Source: an uncultured Candidatus Saccharibacteria bacterium (GTDB lineage: Bacteria > Patescibacteriota > Doudnabacteria > UBA920). From it: a DNA stretch of 64,000 nt. The number at the start of each line of letters is the position of its first letter. Within the stretch, counting starts at the first letter, position 1. A program made the position numbers and the translations under genes. The notes under the pieces were generated by a model, which saw only the letters and a list, made by a program, of their open reading frames with translations, had not been told where the DNA came from and did no database searches. Shown here one piece after another: positions 18,748 through 28,470 of this stretch. The DNA is taken from positions 18,566 through 82,565 of the forward strand of contig CAZBAS010000002.1 of NCBI GenBank assembly GCA_964490395.1, written 5' to 3'.

Positions 18748-19323
18748 TTAGCGCTTGAGCGCGGCCAGCGCTTCTTCTGCCATCTGCTTATCCTTTGTAT
18801 CATCCAATTTCTCTCGCAATATCTTTTCTGTGGCTTGTATAACAATGTCTGCAAGTTGCCCCTTTGCTTCCTGAATCATGCGCACCTGTTCCTGCTCCAG
18901 CTTTTCTTTTCCATCTAGCACCACTGCTGCTTGTTCTTGCTTGGCTTTAGCCAGGAGTTCACTGCGCACTGCTTCCGCTTCTGTTTTTGCCTGTGTAACT
19001 ATATCTGCTGCTTCGGAACGCGCTTTGCCCATTTCCACTGCTTTCCACTTTTCAAATTCAAGCTTGTCTTTAGTAATGCTCTCGGCAGTTTTGAGCGAGT
19101 CTTCTATTTTCTGAGTTCGCTTCTGCAATGCTTTTGTGACTGGTGTGAACACCCACTTCCACAAGATGAACAATACAATAGAGAAGTTAACAAGCTGCGC
19201 TAAAAAGAGTTTCCAGCTTATACCAAACATACCTGCCAAATCCTGAGAAGGTTCAGCAGTAGTGGCGGCAGTGGCTACTTCTTCAGCTGCGTGAGCTATA
19301 TGTATAAAAAAATCCAAAACCAT
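18748..19323 (-). CDS. atpF: Fo ATP synthase subunit b.
   Basis: Single N-terminal TM (LFLAQLVNFSIVLFILWKWVF) followed by a long charged helical region rich in E/K/A; operon position. Confidence 0.75.
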   Translation of the reverse strand: MVLDFFIHIAHAAEEVATAATTAEPSQDLAGMFGISWKLFLAQLVNFSIVLFILWKWVFTPVTKALQKRTQKIEDSLKTAESITKDKLEFEKWKAVEMGKARSEAADIVTQAKTEAEAVRSELLAKAKQEQAAVVLDGKEKLEQEQVRMIQEAKGQLADIVIQATEKILREKLDDTKDKQMAEEALAALKR

Positions 19324-19419
19324 AACAGGGAAATTTCTAATTACTAATTCCTAATTTCTAATGCAATACGATTCTGACATTAGAAATTAGATATTAGGCA
19401 TTAGGAATTTTATTCTGTC
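19324..19419. repeat. AT-rich inverted repeat (TTCTAAT units) at the atpE/atpF junction, plus a small hairpin TTATTCTG-TCTTA-CAGAATAA.
   Basis: AATTTCTAATTACTAATTCCTAATTTCTAATG-CAATACGATTCTGA-CATTAGAAATTAGATATTAGGCATTAGGAATT. Confidence 0.65.
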
Positions 19420-19719
<300 letters not shown>

Positions 19720-20580
19720 CTAAACGGAAGGGGTGGGCTCTAGCAACTCCGCATCTTCCTTATGGCTCACTGCATCATGCTCGTGCACTTCTGTAGTTGC
19801 TATGGTCAAGTACACCAACGTAAGCAAGGAAAATACAGTCGCCTGCACCACACCTACCAAAAGCTCTAAAGCCATGAACGGAAGCGGAGCTACATATGCA
19901 ATAAGGGACGCAAGTACGGTCAATAGAACCTCGCCAGCAAATACGTTTCCAAATAAACGCAAAGAAAGGGAGGCCATTTTCGCCACTTCGGAAAACACTT
20001 CAATTATTCCTACCACAAACTCTATGAGCGAGATAAGAATTTTTGTTGGATTCATGCTCCGGACCGCTTTATAAATATCGCCAATCTTGATGAACTTGTT
20101 CGCGTACTTAAAAAACCCTATAGCGAAAATACCAATGATGTGGGAAGACACCACCACTAGTACAGCCATGGACAAGGTCATGTTAAGGTCGGTATTTGCT
20201 GGCCTAAACAGTGGGATAAGCTCTAGCTCGCCATGATGCATTTGCCACATACCAATAGAGCCTATGCCTGGCAAAAGTCCAATCCAGTTGGAAACGACAA
20301 TGAAGAAAAAGAGAGTTCCCACAATTGGCAAGAAGCGAAGAGTTTTTTTTCGGTCTCTGGTAACGCCGTCAAAATAGCCTAGAAGTATTTCTAAAATGGA
20401 TTCAAAAAAGTTTAACAAACCTTTTGGTGATTTGTTTGAGTATTTTTCCACTGCCCGCTTAATGCACCATGCAAAAATAGCAAAACCAACTACGGTCAAC
20501 AAAGAATTGATGTAGCTGTTTGTGACTGGAAAACTGCCGATATGGAAAATTGGTTCTGCTGCGAGAGGCGGAAGAGTCAT
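19720..20580 (-). CDS. atpB: Fo ATP synthase subunit a.
   Basis: Multi-TM; conserved R in SLSLRLFGNVFAGE; operon position. Confidence 0.85.
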   Translation of the reverse strand: MTLPPLAAEPIFHIGSFPVTNSYINSLLTVVGFAIFAWCIKRAVEKYSNKSPKGLLNFFESILEILLGYFDGVTRDRKKTLRFLPIVGTLFFFIVVSNWIGLLPGIGSIGMWQMHHGELELIPLFRPANTDLNMTLSMAVLVVVSSHIIGIFAIGFFKYANKFIKIGDIYKAVRSMNPTKILISLIEFVVGIIEVFSEVAKMASLSLRLFGNVFAGEVLLTVLASLIAYVAPLPFMALELLVGVVQATVFSLLTLVYLTIATTEVHEHDAVSHKEDAELLEPTPSV

Positions 20581-20613
20581 GGAGATGCGGAATGATGAAT
20601 GTAGAATTATGAA

Positions 20614-20934
20614 TTAGGATCCAGATTGATCCGGTCCGGTTCCTCCCCTTTCCAAGGGGAGGCTAGGAGGGGTGGAAGACTTGGTAAGCTCCTTACGGAT
20701 TTGATTTATCCTTCTACCAAGAAAGATAGTGCTGGTTATGAGTGCAAGTAAAATCCCGAGCAATGTATATAGGTGCTCATGGTGCGTACGACCATCGAGC
20801 CAGCGACCGCCTAAACCAAATACTACTACTGGTAGCGCAATAACAAAGCCAAATTCAGTTGCAAACCCTATCATGCGTTGCATGGTAAAAGCATAGGGCC
20901 TGGAATTTTCTATATTTTCGCTCACTTTTTCCAC
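20614..20934 (-). CDS. Small 2-TM protein upstream of atpB (AtpI/AtpZ-like) whose C-terminal tail (TPPSLPLERGGTGPDQSGS*) is encoded by a half copy of the RPE-like repeat.
   Basis: Position and topology resemble atpI. Nucleotides 20636..20675 (CCGGTTCCTCCCCTTTCCAAGGGGAGGCTAGGAGGGGTGG) match the second hairpin of the atpG copies and translate in the same frame as in atpG. Confidence 0.4.
   Translation of the reverse strand: MEKVSENIENSRPYAFTMQRMIGFATEFGFVIALPVVVFGLGGRWLDGRTHHEHLYTLLGILLALITSTIFLGRRINQIRKELTKSSTPPSLPLERGGTGPDQSGS
20636..20675. repeat. Half copy of the RPE-like hairpin element forming the 3' coding end of the atpI-like gene.
   Basis: CCTCCCCTTTCCAAGGGGAGG-CTAGGAGGGG; compare copy A's CCTCCCCTAACATAGGGGAGG-CTAGGTGGGG. 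Confidence 0.6.
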
Positions 20935-21032
20935 AAATTTGCCTTGTTTATGAGGAGTTTTACGTCCTTATCTTAACAAAAATCGGCCATTTTGGCAATA
21001 CCTTCATTTTTTGGGTGGGCAACAGTAAAACA

Positions 21033-21056
21033 CCCTTGCGGGTGTATTGTATGGGC
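21033..21056 (-). terminator. Rho-independent terminator downstream of tRNA-Thr.
   Basis: On the - strand: ACACCC-GCAA-GGGTGT followed by TTTTACTGTT. Confidence 0.55.
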
Positions 21057-21120
21057 AGCTGCCGGATTTGAACTGATCACCTGTCCGGTATACGCCGGAC
21101 CGCTCCGCCTGCCTATCGCC

Positions 21121-21196
21121 TGGAGCCGAAATCGGGAATCGAACCCGAGACCTACGCGTTACGAGTGCGTCGCTCTACCAACTGAGCTATTTCGGC
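21121..21196 (-). tRNA. tRNA-Thr (anticodon CGU).
   Basis: Manual fold. Acceptor GCCGAAA/TTTCGGC, D-arm GCTC-AGTTGGTA-GAGC, anticodon loop CTCGTAA (U33, CGT, A37), T-arm TCGGG-TTCGATT-CCCGA, encoded CCA. One A:C mismatch at 31:39. Confidence 0.85.
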
Positions 21197-21246
21197 GCTA
21201 GGCGACTGGCGGGCAGGTCTACCAGATGAGCTAAGCCAGCGCAAAT

Positions 21247-21759
21247 CTATTTATTGACAGTATAATATAGTTTAATCAATCCGCCGTCCATTTGTTCAAC
21301 CATATCAAAATGCAACTTCTGTAGCAGCTCAGTACCTGCAAATATCGGCATACCGCTTCCCAAGAACAAAGGGTGAACACTTATTATCACCTTATCAATA
21401 AGACCAGCTTGAATAAATGTAGCGTTTGTATGACTGCCACCAACCAATAACGCTCGCGCTATTCCATCATCCTCCATTTTCTGAACCATGGCTTTAGGAT
21501 CACCGCTCAGAAATTTAACAGATTCACCAACAGACTCTTTTGCCGTATCCGAAGTTACAACATAATTAACAACGTCGCGCATTGGATAAATCTCACCTTG
21601 GAACTGCTCAAAGGTTTTACGTCCTAAAATGATAGCACCCCGTTCTTTCGCAGCATTCTCAAACGACACAGCGTCAACTTCGGAAACCCAACCGGAACCG
21701 CCTTCGTTGGTGGCAATAAACCCATCTGCACTGGTTGCTATATATAATGTTACTTCCAT
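21247..21759 (-). CDS. Dihydrofolate reductase family protein (RibD C-terminal domain-like).
   Basis: MEVTLYIATSADGFIA...ILGRKTFE...LLVGGS pattern typical of the DHFR/RibD_C fold; 170 aa. Confidence 0.6.
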   Translation of the reverse strand: MEVTLYIATSADGFIATNEGGSGWVSEVDAVSFENAAKERGAIILGRKTFEQFQGEIYPMRDVVNYVVTSDTAKESVGESVKFLSGDPKAMVQKMEDDGIARALLVGGSHTNATFIQAGLIDKVIISVHPLFLGSGMPIFAGTELLQKLHFDMVEQMDGGLIKLYYTVNK

Positions 21760-21762
21760 AAG

Positions 21763-22011
21763 TTATATTGGTAAGAAATGTTTTCTTAGAAATGCTCTAC
21801 CTGAACCTGTTTTGAGATAATACTCGAATTCTTTTGCGGAACGTTCAGTGGTAAAACCTAGGTAGGTTACCAGCTTCCAAGGAGAAAACTTACTTGTGTA
21901 TTTAGACCCTCCCCAGTTGTGGGTTTGAATACGCGAACGCAAATCCTCAGAGTAGCCTACGTAGTGCTCTTTAGGATAATTGACACTCTGAAGTATATAT
22001 ACGTAATACAT
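21763..22011 (-). CDS. Small GIY-YIG nuclease family protein (YhbQ/UPF0213-like).
   Basis: Y-V-Y-I-L ... Y-V-G ... R...H motif pattern (MYYVYILQSVNYPKEHYVGYSEDLRSRIQTHN). 82 aa; paralog of 59651..59908. Confidence 0.7.
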   Translation of the reverse strand: MYYVYILQSVNYPKEHYVGYSEDLRSRIQTHNWGGSKYTSKFSPWKLVTYLGFTTERSAKEFEYYLKTGSGRAFLRKHFLPI

Positions 22012-22120
22012 CGTTCTGTGCTGGCGTAAGCCAGACGAAGCCGTATACTAATAGGCCCGCCTTCGCTAAAGCTTCGGCGCGCAGACTTCGCAAGACCTTT
22101 TTCAAAGCTCTTGCGAAGTC

Positions 22121-22194
22121 TGGAGCGGGATACGGGAATCGAACCCGTGTCTAAACCTTGGGAAGGTCTCATACTACCATTGTACTAATCCCGC
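22121..22194 (-). tRNA. tRNA-Gly (anticodon CCC).
   Basis: Manual fold. Acceptor GCGGGAT/ATCCCGC, anticodon stem AGACC/GGTTT, loop TTCCCAA, T-arm ACGGG-TTCGATT-CCCGT, U73, CCA encoded. Confidence 0.85.
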
Positions 22195-22338
22195 ACGTAG
22201 CTAGAGTATATTAATAAAATTTTGCTCGTTTGACTAGTAGCCCAAGAATTTGAGCAGTATTTAAACATGTAAAGATAAAACACCTAAGCAAGTAAGCCTT
22301 ACATGTTTAGATGTTTAGATGATTCTTTGTTTATATGA

Positions 22339-23169
22339 TTACTGTATGTACCATCGCACTGGCACTTTATCTTCTTCCTTAGCAAGCCATGTATCGTAGC
22401 CTTTTGGCACTAGCACTACTTCGTGAAGATTTACCAGGCGCTTGCCACTGTCGTCTGTGGTCTCCCCCACTACCTCAACTAGGTGTATGCCATAGCGCGT
22501 ATACACAGCAGTTGGTTTGTTCTTCGGCAAATTTTTTACCGCATCCCGGTACTCTGGAATAGCTTGGTCTAGATCCACAAAGCCAGTGTCGCCCGCAAAC
22601 CATTTTGTGGCGCTATCATCGCTATAGTCTTTTGCCAATTGTTCATAAGTGCTCCCGTTTGCAAGCGCACGCTGCACTGTTGCGAGCCTCGTTGCCAATG
22701 CCGGCTCCAAACCTGGCTGGCTTGCATACCAGGCTCTCAGTTTTGCATCTAGCGCGAAGCTTTTTGCAAGGGTGTCTTGGGCGTTGCTCTTCCCTGCAGA
22801 AGAGACCGCTTTAGTATATACTTCGTCTTTTTCTAGAGCCTTAGCTGCAGCAGCTATATCGGCGCCAGATACGCTCACTTTACCTTTCGCCACTACTTCA
22901 AGCTTGAGGGAGTCTGTGAGCGCTGCCGTGGACGTCTTACCCAGGAGAGGCGCCACATGGTCATACAAAGCCAAATCACTTGGAGATATGTGAACATCGC
23001 CCACCGTACCGAGCGGAAGGTGGAAAGCCTTGAACACCGAAAGTTTGGCTGGAGTAGCACTGCCACTATAGAGCCAAATGCCCACGGCCAAGCCTACAGC
23101 TAAGACAATCAAGAATGCCACTAAGCCAGTAAGAAATATTTGTAAGGGTGTTCGCTTTTTCTTTTCCAT
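22339..23169 (-). CDS. Membrane-anchored protein with a C-terminal parvulin-like peptidyl-prolyl isomerase domain (PrsA/SurA-like foldase).
   Basis: N-terminal TM (IFLTGLVAFLIVLAVGLAVGIWLY) and a C-terminal ...YRDAVKNLPKNKPTAVYTRYGIHLVEV parvulin-like signature. Confidence 0.45.
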   Translation of the reverse strand: MEKKKRTPLQIFLTGLVAFLIVLAVGLAVGIWLYSGSATPAKLSVFKAFHLPLGTVGDVHISPSDLALYDHVAPLLGKTSTAALTDSLKLEVVAKGKVSVSGADIAAAAKALEKDEVYTKAVSSAGKSNAQDTLAKSFALDAKLRAWYASQPGLEPALATRLATVQRALANGSTYEQLAKDYSDDSATKWFAGDTGFVDLDQAIPEYRDAVKNLPKNKPTAVYTRYGIHLVEVVGETTDDSGKRLVNLHEVVLVPKGYDTWLAKEEDKVPVRWYIQ

Positions 23170-23227
23170 AAGGTTATATAGGTAAAATCACAATTTGAGT
23201 TATAAAACTTGAGGACACAGCCAGGCG

Positions 23228-23602
23228 CTACTGCTCGCCAAAAAAATAATCCCACCACGCCCGCACATTACTTTGTTTTTTAGTTTCAGTGGTAGTAACT
23301 GCAGCATCCTTAGAAGGCATAAATACTACAGCAATCTCCCCTGGCTTTTTTAAATTCATTTGCTGTCGCGCGAGTCGCTCGGTGGCAGAAGTACTAGAAA
23401 GGTATTTCAGGGAGTCTTCCAGTTGGCCATTTTTTTCTTCAACAAGCTTTGCTTCGCTCTTCAGCGAATCTATTTGTCGCTGCACTTTTTGCCGCGACTT
23501 CCACTGGTGATACTGCGAAACGGACAAAAGGACCAAGCTCCCCACAAGCAGCACTACAACAAATCGGTTCGATATAAATGTAATGGTTTTACGGGTAGAC
23601 AT
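23228..23602 (-). CDS. Septum formation initiator-like protein (FtsB/DivIC/FtsL family).
   Basis: Start at MSTRKTITF. A single TM (VVVLLVGSLVLLSVS) is followed by a coiled-coil (IDSLKSEAKLVEEKNGQLEDSLKYL), the typical FtsB architecture. The upstream VTFVTFVT extension in the ORF track is encoded by a simple-repeat element and is probably non-coding. Confidence 0.45.
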   Translation of the reverse strand: MSTRKTITFISNRFVVVLLVGSLVLLSVSQYHQWKSRQKVQRQIDSLKSEAKLVEEKNGQLEDSLKYLSSTSATERLARQQMNLKKPGEIAVVFMPSKDAAVTTTETKKQSNVRAWWDYFFGEQ

Positions 23603-23708
23603 GTGTATGGTGACAAAAGTTACAAAAGTGACAAAAATATCGAATGCGGACATTATTCATTTTTGTCATTTTTATTTATTTTTGCTCATTTTTTTCATTT
23701 CTAGAACG

Positions 23709-24248
23709 TTATGGCACCCTCTGGTTCGGCATGCCATATTCTTGCATGTTATGAGCAGTGGGGCGGCCAGCCAGTGACTGTTCGTGCAGGCGCCAGAGAA
23801 ACTCTTTAACAATTGCAGGGCGCTGGACAGATTTAACAATAATAGGATCCACCCTGCCCACTACCTGCAAATCTATATTGCCGTAGCCAGTAAGCATGGA
23901 CCATGGACCAGTCGTTCGGAAGCTTACATTGAGAATGCGGTCAAGCGCGGTTTCGCTTACCTCTTGTTTAAATACATTCTCATGTGAGGTTTTTACAAAC
24001 CGTGCTGTGGTTACTATATATTTTTCTCGGCGCCACAAAATGAACTTCTCAGAAAACCAACCAAGGACCAACAGTACCCATATGCACAGCCAGAATTTTA
24101 AACTACCGACTAAAGCATATTTAGTTGCGTACCAGAACGGCACCACAAGCAGTACTACCGCAACGAACGCGGGGAACGCAAGAATAGCCGGGCTCTGCCT
24201 GAACACGGTCACCACTTCTTCGCCTGGCTGTAAAATAATACTCCGCAT
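23709..24248 (-). CDS. Membrane protein with 2 N-terminal TM helices and a C-terminal bacterial PH-like domain (YdbT/DUF304-like).
   Basis: Hydrophobic hairpin (AILAFPAFVAVVLLVVPFWY ... LKFWLCIWVLLVLGWF) followed by a soluble domain. Architecture call only. Confidence 0.45.
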   Translation of the reverse strand: MRSIILQPGEEVVTVFRQSPAILAFPAFVAVVLLVVPFWYATKYALVGSLKFWLCIWVLLVLGWFSEKFILWRREKYIVTTARFVKTSHENVFKQEVSETALDRILNVSFRTTGPWSMLTGYGNIDLQVVGRVDPIIVKSVQRPAIVKEFLWRLHEQSLAGRPTAHNMQEYGMPNQRVP

Positions 24249-24695
24249 ATATTCAAATATACAAATCTACAAATGACTACAAATATTAATCTGGATTATC
24301 CGTAGGCATTTGTAGATTTGTTCTATATGTAGATTTGGACAGTTACTTAATAACTGCTGTTCCCAAGGTCAGCACAAGCATGGCCAGCACCATAACGATG
24401 GCGAGCACACTGAATACTTTTTTAACTGTTTTCTGGTTTCGAATCATACTCAAACTATTATACCATAAACGCCTCTATTCCTAGCGTATGGGCAAGACGT
24501 GCGCCACCCGTCCATCGAAAACGCCACATGAGACATTCCAAAAGAACAAATACATCGCAACGCCCAAAATAGCAAGAAATCCTGAGTTTAGGTCTTGATG
24601 ATTTTAGCTTCGTGCTTATTTGTGATTTGTTATTTGAAATGTGGAACTCATACACCAAACCACAAGCTTTTCGCCTAATATACGAATATAAATTT

Positions 24696-26591
24696 TTATT
24701 TCTTCAAAATTGCTAAGAATGCTTCTTGTGGTATTTCCACTTTCCCAATTTTCTTCATGCGTTTTTTACCTTTTTTCTGTTTCTGTAGGAGCTTCATTTT
24801 ACGGGTAACGTCACCGCCATACAGGTAACCAGTTACGTCTTTACGCAGCGCGGAAATAGTTTCGCGTGCTATAACGCGGCCGCCAATGGCTGCTTGAATG
24901 GCTATTTCAAACTGTTGTCTTGGAATAAGCTCTTTAAGCTTCGTTACCAGCTCCCTACCTTCTACATCTGCCACAGAGCGGTGCATCATGGTGGAAAGCG
25001 CTTCCACTTTTTCATTCGCCACCAAAACATCTACTTTAACCAAATCTCCAGTGCGCAGTTCTAGAAAATCGTAGTTGAGCGAGGCATAGCCACTAGATAC
25101 GCTTTTTAGCTTATCGTAAAAATCTATAATAATGTTGCCGAGGGGCATTTCAAAATGCATATCCACGCGGTCTTCACCCAAATATTGTATGTCACCCGAT
25201 ATGCCACGACGTTTGGTAACAATATCTAATATAGGCCCTATGTAGTCAGATGGAGTAAGAATATTTACTTTCATCCATGGCTCCATAACCTGGGCTATAC
25301 TCGATGGATCGGGAAACTGCGCTGCGGACTGCACGGTAACTTCTTCACCCGAAGTTTTTATAACTTTAAACGCCACACTTGGTGCGGTTAAAATAAGGTC
25401 AAGATCGTACTCGCGGGTAAGACGCTCCTGCACTATATCCATGTGGAGCAGTCCTAAAAAGCCAGTGCGGAAACCAAACCCTATGCTTGGAATATGCTCA
25501 GGCTCAAACTCGAGCGAGGCGTCACTCAAGCGAAGTTTGTCCATGGCATCGCGAAGGTTTGGGTAATCATCACCTGAAACCGGAAAAATGGTCGCATACA
25601 CCATGGGCTTTACATGTTTGTACCCAGGCAATGCTTCGGTCTTAGCACGCTCGCTCAGTAGAGTTATAGTGTCACCCACACGAGCCTTAGAAACATCGCG
25701 GAGACCAGTGACTATATATCCCACCTCACCGCACTGAATGGCATCTGACTTTTCCATCTTTGGGTGGAAGTATCCCACTTCTAAACTTTCCGCTTCGGTT
25801 TTGCTCCCCAGGGTAAATATTTTTTGTCGGGGCAACAGTTTGCCATCAAAAATACGAACAAAACAAATTACACCGCGATGAATGTCGTATGCGGAATCAA
25901 AAATAAGCCCGCGCAGGTCGCCCGTTGGGTTTCCTTGTGGAGCAGGTACTCGCTCTACTATGGCGTCGAGTATGCCCAGAACACCCTCGCCGGTCTTACC
26001 CGATGCATACAAAATTTCATCGTCACTAAACCCAAACGCATCTTGCAGTTCTCGAGCGGTTTTTTCCCTGTCGCTATTTGGTAAGTCTATTTTATTAACA
26101 ACGGGAATAATTTTTAAATTATGTTCCAGCGCAAGATACGCGTTGGCTAATGTCTGCGCTTCTATGCCCTGTGTGCTGTCTACTACTAAAATTGCCCCTT
26201 CGCAGCAGGCAAGACTTCTCGAAACTTCATACGCAAAGTCCACGTGACCCGGAGTGTCTATCAAATTCAGAATATATTCTGAATTTGCAAATTTCAAATT
26301 CGAATCTTTAAATTCTAAAGGCTCTGAGCTGAGTGTTTTATTATTTTGTAAGTGGGATTCGTTTCGGATTTCGGATTTCGGATTTCGGTATTCATAGCTC
26401 ATGCGCGCTGGTTGAAGCTTGATGGTAATACCGCGCTCTCGCTCTAGGTCCATTTGGTCGAGTAGCTGGTCTTTCATTTCGCGCTTGCTCACGGTATGGG
26501 TCAACTCTAAAAGCCGGTCAGCCAATGTAGACTTACCGTGATCTATGTGAGCGATAATGCAAAAGTTGCGAATATTTTCTAAAGAAGACAT
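24696..26591 (-). CDS. lepA: Translation elongation factor 4 (LepA) with an in-frame low-complexity insertion of about 35 aa in the G domain.
   Basis: GHIDHGKST, DTPGHVDF, NKIDL and the conserved C-terminal LepA domain (YGGDVTRKMKLLQKQKKGKKRMK). The extra segment RNPKSEIRNESHLQNNKTLSSEPLEFKDSNLKFANSE lies between GITIK.. and NLIDTPGH and is encoded by the simple-repeat DNA at about 26270-26395. Confidence 0.9.
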   Translation of the reverse strand: MSSLENIRNFCIIAHIDHGKSTLADRLLELTHTVSKREMKDQLLDQMDLERERGITIKLQPARMSYEYRNPKSEIRNESHLQNNKTLSSEPLEFKDSNLKFANSEYILNLIDTPGHVDFAYEVSRSLACCEGAILVVDSTQGIEAQTLANAYLALEHNLKIIPVVNKIDLPNSDREKTARELQDAFGFSDDEILYASGKTGEGVLGILDAIVERVPAPQGNPTGDLRGLIFDSAYDIHRGVICFVRIFDGKLLPRQKIFTLGSKTEAESLEVGYFHPKMEKSDAIQCGEVGYIVTGLRDVSKARVGDTITLLSERAKTEALPGYKHVKPMVYATIFPVSGDDYPNLRDAMDKLRLSDASLEFEPEHIPSIGFGFRTGFLGLLHMDIVQERLTREYDLDLILTAPSVAFKVIKTSGEEVTVQSAAQFPDPSSIAQVMEPWMKVNILTPSDYIGPILDIVTKRRGISGDIQYLGEDRVDMHFEMPLGNIIIDFYDKLKSVSSGYASLNYDFLELRTGDLVKVDVLVANEKVEALSTMMHRSVADVEGRELVTKLKELIPRQQFEIAIQAAIGGRVIARETISALRKDVTGYLYGGDVTRKMKLLQKQKKGKKRMKKIGKVEIPQEAFLAILKK

Positions 26592-26715
26592 GTGGTGGTA
26601 AATATATAAAAAAACGTACGAACATTACGAATTAGATTCGTAGACATTCGTAGATTCGTCTCATTCGTCTTGTCCGACATAGCTCTAGCGACGTCGGAAG
26701 ATTCGGATAGCGCTG
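26592..26715. repeat. AT-rich repeat/inverted-repeat element (ATTCGTA units) at the murJ/lepA junction.
   Basis: ...ACGAACATTACGAATTAGATTCGTAGACATTCGTAGATTCGTCTCATTCGTC... Confidence 0.6.
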
Positions 26716-28371
26716 CTATTCTACCAATTTTAAGGCTTTTCCGCAAGCTCTTAAGACTTTTCTGATAATGCGTTCAAACAATTCCGCATCGGAAAGTTTC
26801 ACTGCTTTAGCCACCCCCACGTACACGAGCACCCCCGCGCCGCCAGACACACCCGCCTGCACCACAAGCCCAAGCCATGTGTGCGTATCTACCAAAGGCT
26901 CCACTGCATACAAGGCGCCGTATATGGTGAACGCGCATGCCAGTGTGGCGCTTAAAATTTTCCAGACCTCGCGAACCAACATATACTCTTCACGCGCGAG
27001 TACAACACCTTTGTCCGCACCGTCGCCCAAAAGCTCGGGCCTGAGCCAGGCATATAGCACTATCGCATTAAAGGTCATGCCCGCAGCATACCCAGCAGCA
27101 ACACCACTAATGCCATAGGTGGGCACACACAAAAGCGCCACCACAACAGTCACCAGAATAGAAAGAATATTACCAACCACAGGCGCCCACGTATTATGGC
27201 GCGCCAGGAGGGCCCGAGCGAATAATGGCACGAGTGATTGCCCTACCAAAGAAAACGTAAGTACTCCAAGCACTGCAAACGTTGCTCTGGTATCTTCCCA
27301 GCTAAACTGACCTGCACCATACAGTATACGGACTGCATGAGCGCGAAGCAGCAGCAGGGATACCGCTATGGGCAACATAAAAAACAATATGCGTACAATT
27401 GCCTGCCTTAATAGTAATGTGAACGCAGCTAAATCTTTTTTAGAATAGTGGTCAGATAGATGCGGGAATGTTGCTGTTGCTACGGCTATTGCAAATACCC
27501 CCACGGGCACGGCTTGTATATCGAACCCAAGAGAAAACACGGCAATACTACCCGCGGTAAGTAAAGAACCAAAAATGGATGCAAGTAATAAACTTACCTG
27601 AGAGAGATCCAACGTAAACAACCGAGGAACGTACAACTTAAGAATTGCCACCATGCCAGTATCAAAACTAAATACGGGCATAAAGCGAAACCCTGCCAAA
27701 TACAAATCCACAAGTTGGGTTATTACATGCGCAGTAGCACCTAAAATGACCCCGTAGCCTAGGCCGGCCAGGCCAAAGTGGGGGTAGAGCCAGACCACAC
27801 CTACTATGAGACCAAGATTGTAAGTAATGGGCGCAAAGCCCGCCCAAAAAAACCTCTTCACTGCATTGAGTGCGGTTGCAGCAACGTTTCCTACGGAAAG
27901 CAACACTTGCGCTATAAGAATAATCCGCGTAAGACTTGCCACTTCCCTGCTTGCTTCTGGACTAAACCCGGGAACCACAATGTGTACGAGCCATGGCGCA
28001 AGTAACGCAGCCAAACCGCAAAGCACTGCCATACACACGAACGTAATGTTCAGCAAGTTTGCCACGAGTCTCCGACCTTGGGTTTCATCTTCAAGTAAAT
28101 ACTGGGATATAATGGGCAACGCCGCAATGGACAAGGTACCCACTATAAGCACCCCCATAAGAAAGTCTGGGATGCGAAACGCCGCATAGTAGGTATCGAG
28201 CAGCTGGCCTGCGCCGAAGTGACTCGCAAATATGCGGATGCGCAAAAGCCCCACCACCCGTGAGGCAAGCGTAAGCACCGCAACAATAAAGGAAGACCAC
28301 CCAACTGTTGCGTAGACGGCAGATGTTGCAGAGGCTTTTATTTTGTTGTTACCAGCGCTGGATGGTTGCAC
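26716..28371 (-). CDS. murJ: Lipid II flippase MurJ (MviN family).
   Basis: 14-TM MOP-superfamily pattern; conserved N-terminal RIRIFASHFGAG and internal motifs; 551 aa. Confidence 0.8.
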   Translation of the reverse strand: MQPSSAGNNKIKASATSAVYATVGWSSFIVAVLTLASRVVGLLRIRIFASHFGAGQLLDTYYAAFRIPDFLMGVLIVGTLSIAALPIISQYLLEDETQGRRLVANLLNITFVCMAVLCGLAALLAPWLVHIVVPGFSPEASREVASLTRIILIAQVLLSVGNVAATALNAVKRFFWAGFAPITYNLGLIVGVVWLYPHFGLAGLGYGVILGATAHVITQLVDLYLAGFRFMPVFSFDTGMVAILKLYVPRLFTLDLSQVSLLLASIFGSLLTAGSIAVFSLGFDIQAVPVGVFAIAVATATFPHLSDHYSKKDLAAFTLLLRQAIVRILFFMLPIAVSLLLLRAHAVRILYGAGQFSWEDTRATFAVLGVLTFSLVGQSLVPLFARALLARHNTWAPVVGNILSILVTVVVALLCVPTYGISGVAAGYAAGMTFNAIVLYAWLRPELLGDGADKGVVLAREEYMLVREVWKILSATLACAFTIYGALYAVEPLVDTHTWLGLVVQAGVSGGAGVLVYVGVAKAVKLSDAELFERIIRKVLRACGKALKLVE

Positions 28372-28470
28372 AAATAAATTTCTAATTTTTAATTTTCAAT
28401 TTTTAATTACAATACACTCAAGTAAGCACTGGGCCGATTTTGAAAATTGTAAAATTAAAAATTGAAAATT
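28372..28470. repeat. AT-rich inverted repeat with a stem of about 24 bp at the DUF4012/murJ junction.
   Basis: AATTTTCAATTTTTAATTACAAT ... ATTGTAAAATTAAAAATTGAAAATT; the arms are reverse complements with one indel and the loop is about 32 nt. Confidence 0.65.

Noticed and set aside
21957-22172. 71-aa ORF overlapping tRNA-Gly and the hairpin.
   Set aside because: It overlaps a well-folded tRNA gene on the same strand; spurious.
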